A stretch of 64,000 nt of DNA from Dimorphilus gyrociliatus (Eukaryota > Animalia > Annelida): contig CAJFCJ010000012.1 of assembly GCA_904063045.1 (NCBI GenBank), positions 1,922,001 through 1,986,000 on the forward strand, written 5' to 3'. Position 1 is the stretch's first letter; every line of letters starts with the position of its first letter. A model generated the notes under the pieces. That model was not told where the DNA came from. It worked only from the letters and a program-made list of their open reading frames with translations, and did not search any database. A program made the position numbers and the translations under genes. Positions 62,450 through 64,000 of this stretch are shown here, piece by piece.

Positions 62450-63106
62450 CTTCTATTATTCAAAGCTTTGGCTGAAATTCGAAAAAGAAGAACTAATTAA
62501 CAATTATTCAGTGTTTGAATGGAATTTTAACATATCATTGCCTCTTTTATTGTAGTCATTCAATTCAATAGTATATAAGTAACAATTATTACGTGCTAAT
62601 TAATTAATACTATGAGGAGAGGACATAATTTTTGGTTAACAATTATACCGATCTAGAAACAAATGCAAAGAGAAAGAAGGAGAGAAGTAAGAAGATGGAG
62701 ATGGGGAATAGGGAATCCTTAAAAATTTATCATTTAAGTCTATTAAAACTTTAATTGACAATGGTTTATATATAAGCTAATAGAAAACTGATTCATACAT
62801 TTTATAGGATAAAAAATCGTTCTTGAGTAATACTTACGATTGTAAAAAATAGAGAGACCTAGACTCATCAGCTTAGTAACATCACGTGATTGTTGTTTGG
62901 CTCCTGTTCCATGTTCGAAAAGTTACTAGTAGTACGTAATCTCTCTATTAGCTTCTTTTTTAATAAAAATTTAATAGATATATAAATTAAACAGTTAATT
63001 TATTATTTAATTTATTCATTTGAATATAAAAGCATTTAAGTAAAGGAAGTAAACCAAAAAACAAAATGGCAAGGTTTTCGTTACTCTAATGAAAGAAAAC
63101 ACAATT

Positions 63107-63974
63107 TCACAATAAACAGCACTCTTCGGCATCTTCGTAAATGCGAGGATGATTTGATAAAGGTATATAACCAGGGGGAGGTTCAGTGACAAGACCTTCA
63201 AAGAATATTCTAATACATGATATATAAGCATAGACTTCTGAATCCCCAGTGTAGCTTTGCATATCGTCGACTTTGGCTTTATATAAATAAGGTAAGGTTT
63301 CAGCATTTATAATCTTTGCCTTGGAATTATATTGAAGAAAAGGAAATATCTCTCTTCTTAATAAACTACTCATTGTCTCGAAAGTAGGTGAGCGTCCTTT
63401 TGCAGTTCTCGATTGTAATGCAGGTAGAAATGTTCTGCAGCTAATTGTAAAATCAGGTCTGGGTTCAGCATCAAAAGTACGAGTAAAGTATATTCTTATA
63501 AATCGAACATATGGCTTCAATGTATATTTAGTTCTAAAATATCCAGGATCGTAGGCTACATCTTCTCTTTTAGCTATGTTTATCATTAATGAATATTCAT
63601 ATAAATATTACAGTATACTGTAATATAAATTATTTACATACCTTTATTAAAGCTAACTTGAATGGTTTGTAAATTCAATATATTTATAAAAGAATTTGTT
63701 CTAACCCATGTTTGAATTCGAGACATTAAAGAGGTAAATGATTCATGCTTTCTGAAGTAAAAGCATGAACTATTCTGTATAACTGCTGGAATAAAGTCGG
63801 CGTTTTCTTTTCGTATGAAAAAAATAATATGATTTTTCAAATTTATTCTCTTTTAGTGAAATAAATACTCAACCAATTGGAATTCTAGGATCAGCCGATT
63901 GTCCTCTTATGTAATAGACCATCGTACATAAAGGAACGTGAAAGATTTTATCAGAATCTTCGTATTGCTTTAAT
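63107..63974 (-). CDS. Tandem family paralog C (5' end outside the window) ending in PPGY...CCLL
   Basis: Exons 63974-63874, 63806-63642 (165 nt) and 63573-63107 are homologous to the last three exons of A and B. Confidence 0.8.
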
Positions 63975-64000
63975 CTGGTAATATTTAGAAAGTAGATAAG

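Overview
This is eukaryotic (metazoan) DNA from a very AT-rich, gene-dense, compacted genome with short GT-AG introns (mostly about 50-80 nt). It is not prokaryotic, so the ORF track's TTG/GTG starts and split ORFs mostly reflect exons. The gene content and architecture would fit a miniaturised lophotrochozoan such as the annelid Dimorphilus; this is inference and was not verified. I spliced the exons by hand, checking reading phase, and obtained 23 protein-coding genes, one of them cut by the right edge of the window. In order they are: an unknown protein with an NRF1-like PxxWP motif (+), a PAG1/Cbp-like transmembrane adaptor (-), an ankyrin+SOCS-box protein (+), GOSR2 (-), PIH1D3/DNAAF6 (+), DNAI1 (-), LRRC40 (+), a GPI-type protein with two Cys-rich repeats (-), LRRC51 (+), an orphan (-), ATG4B (-), LEMD3/MAN1 (+), a divergent tetraspanin (-), an orphan (+), RASA2/3 (-), FBXW7 (+), TMEM60 (-), RBM45 (+), URB2 (-), POLR3A (+), and three tandem paralogs of an unrecognised family (-). 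A decayed Bel/Pao gag remnant lies between RBM45 and URB2. The main highlights are: (1) an FBXW7 whose N-terminus is a ComEA-type double helix-hairpin-helix DNA-binding domain, in one uninterrupted ORF; (2) a tandem family with four copies of an uncharacterised repeat domain, PPxY/LPxY motifs and C-terminal CaaL prenylation boxes; (3) an invertebrate PAG1/Csk-binding-protein-like adaptor that retains the palmitoylation, Csk-docking and PDZ motifs; (4) a motile-cilia micro-cluster carrying RFX X-boxes; and (5) near-perfect strand alternation of genes, with CTCF-like motifs at divergent promoters. I found no rRNA, tRNA or CRISPR array.
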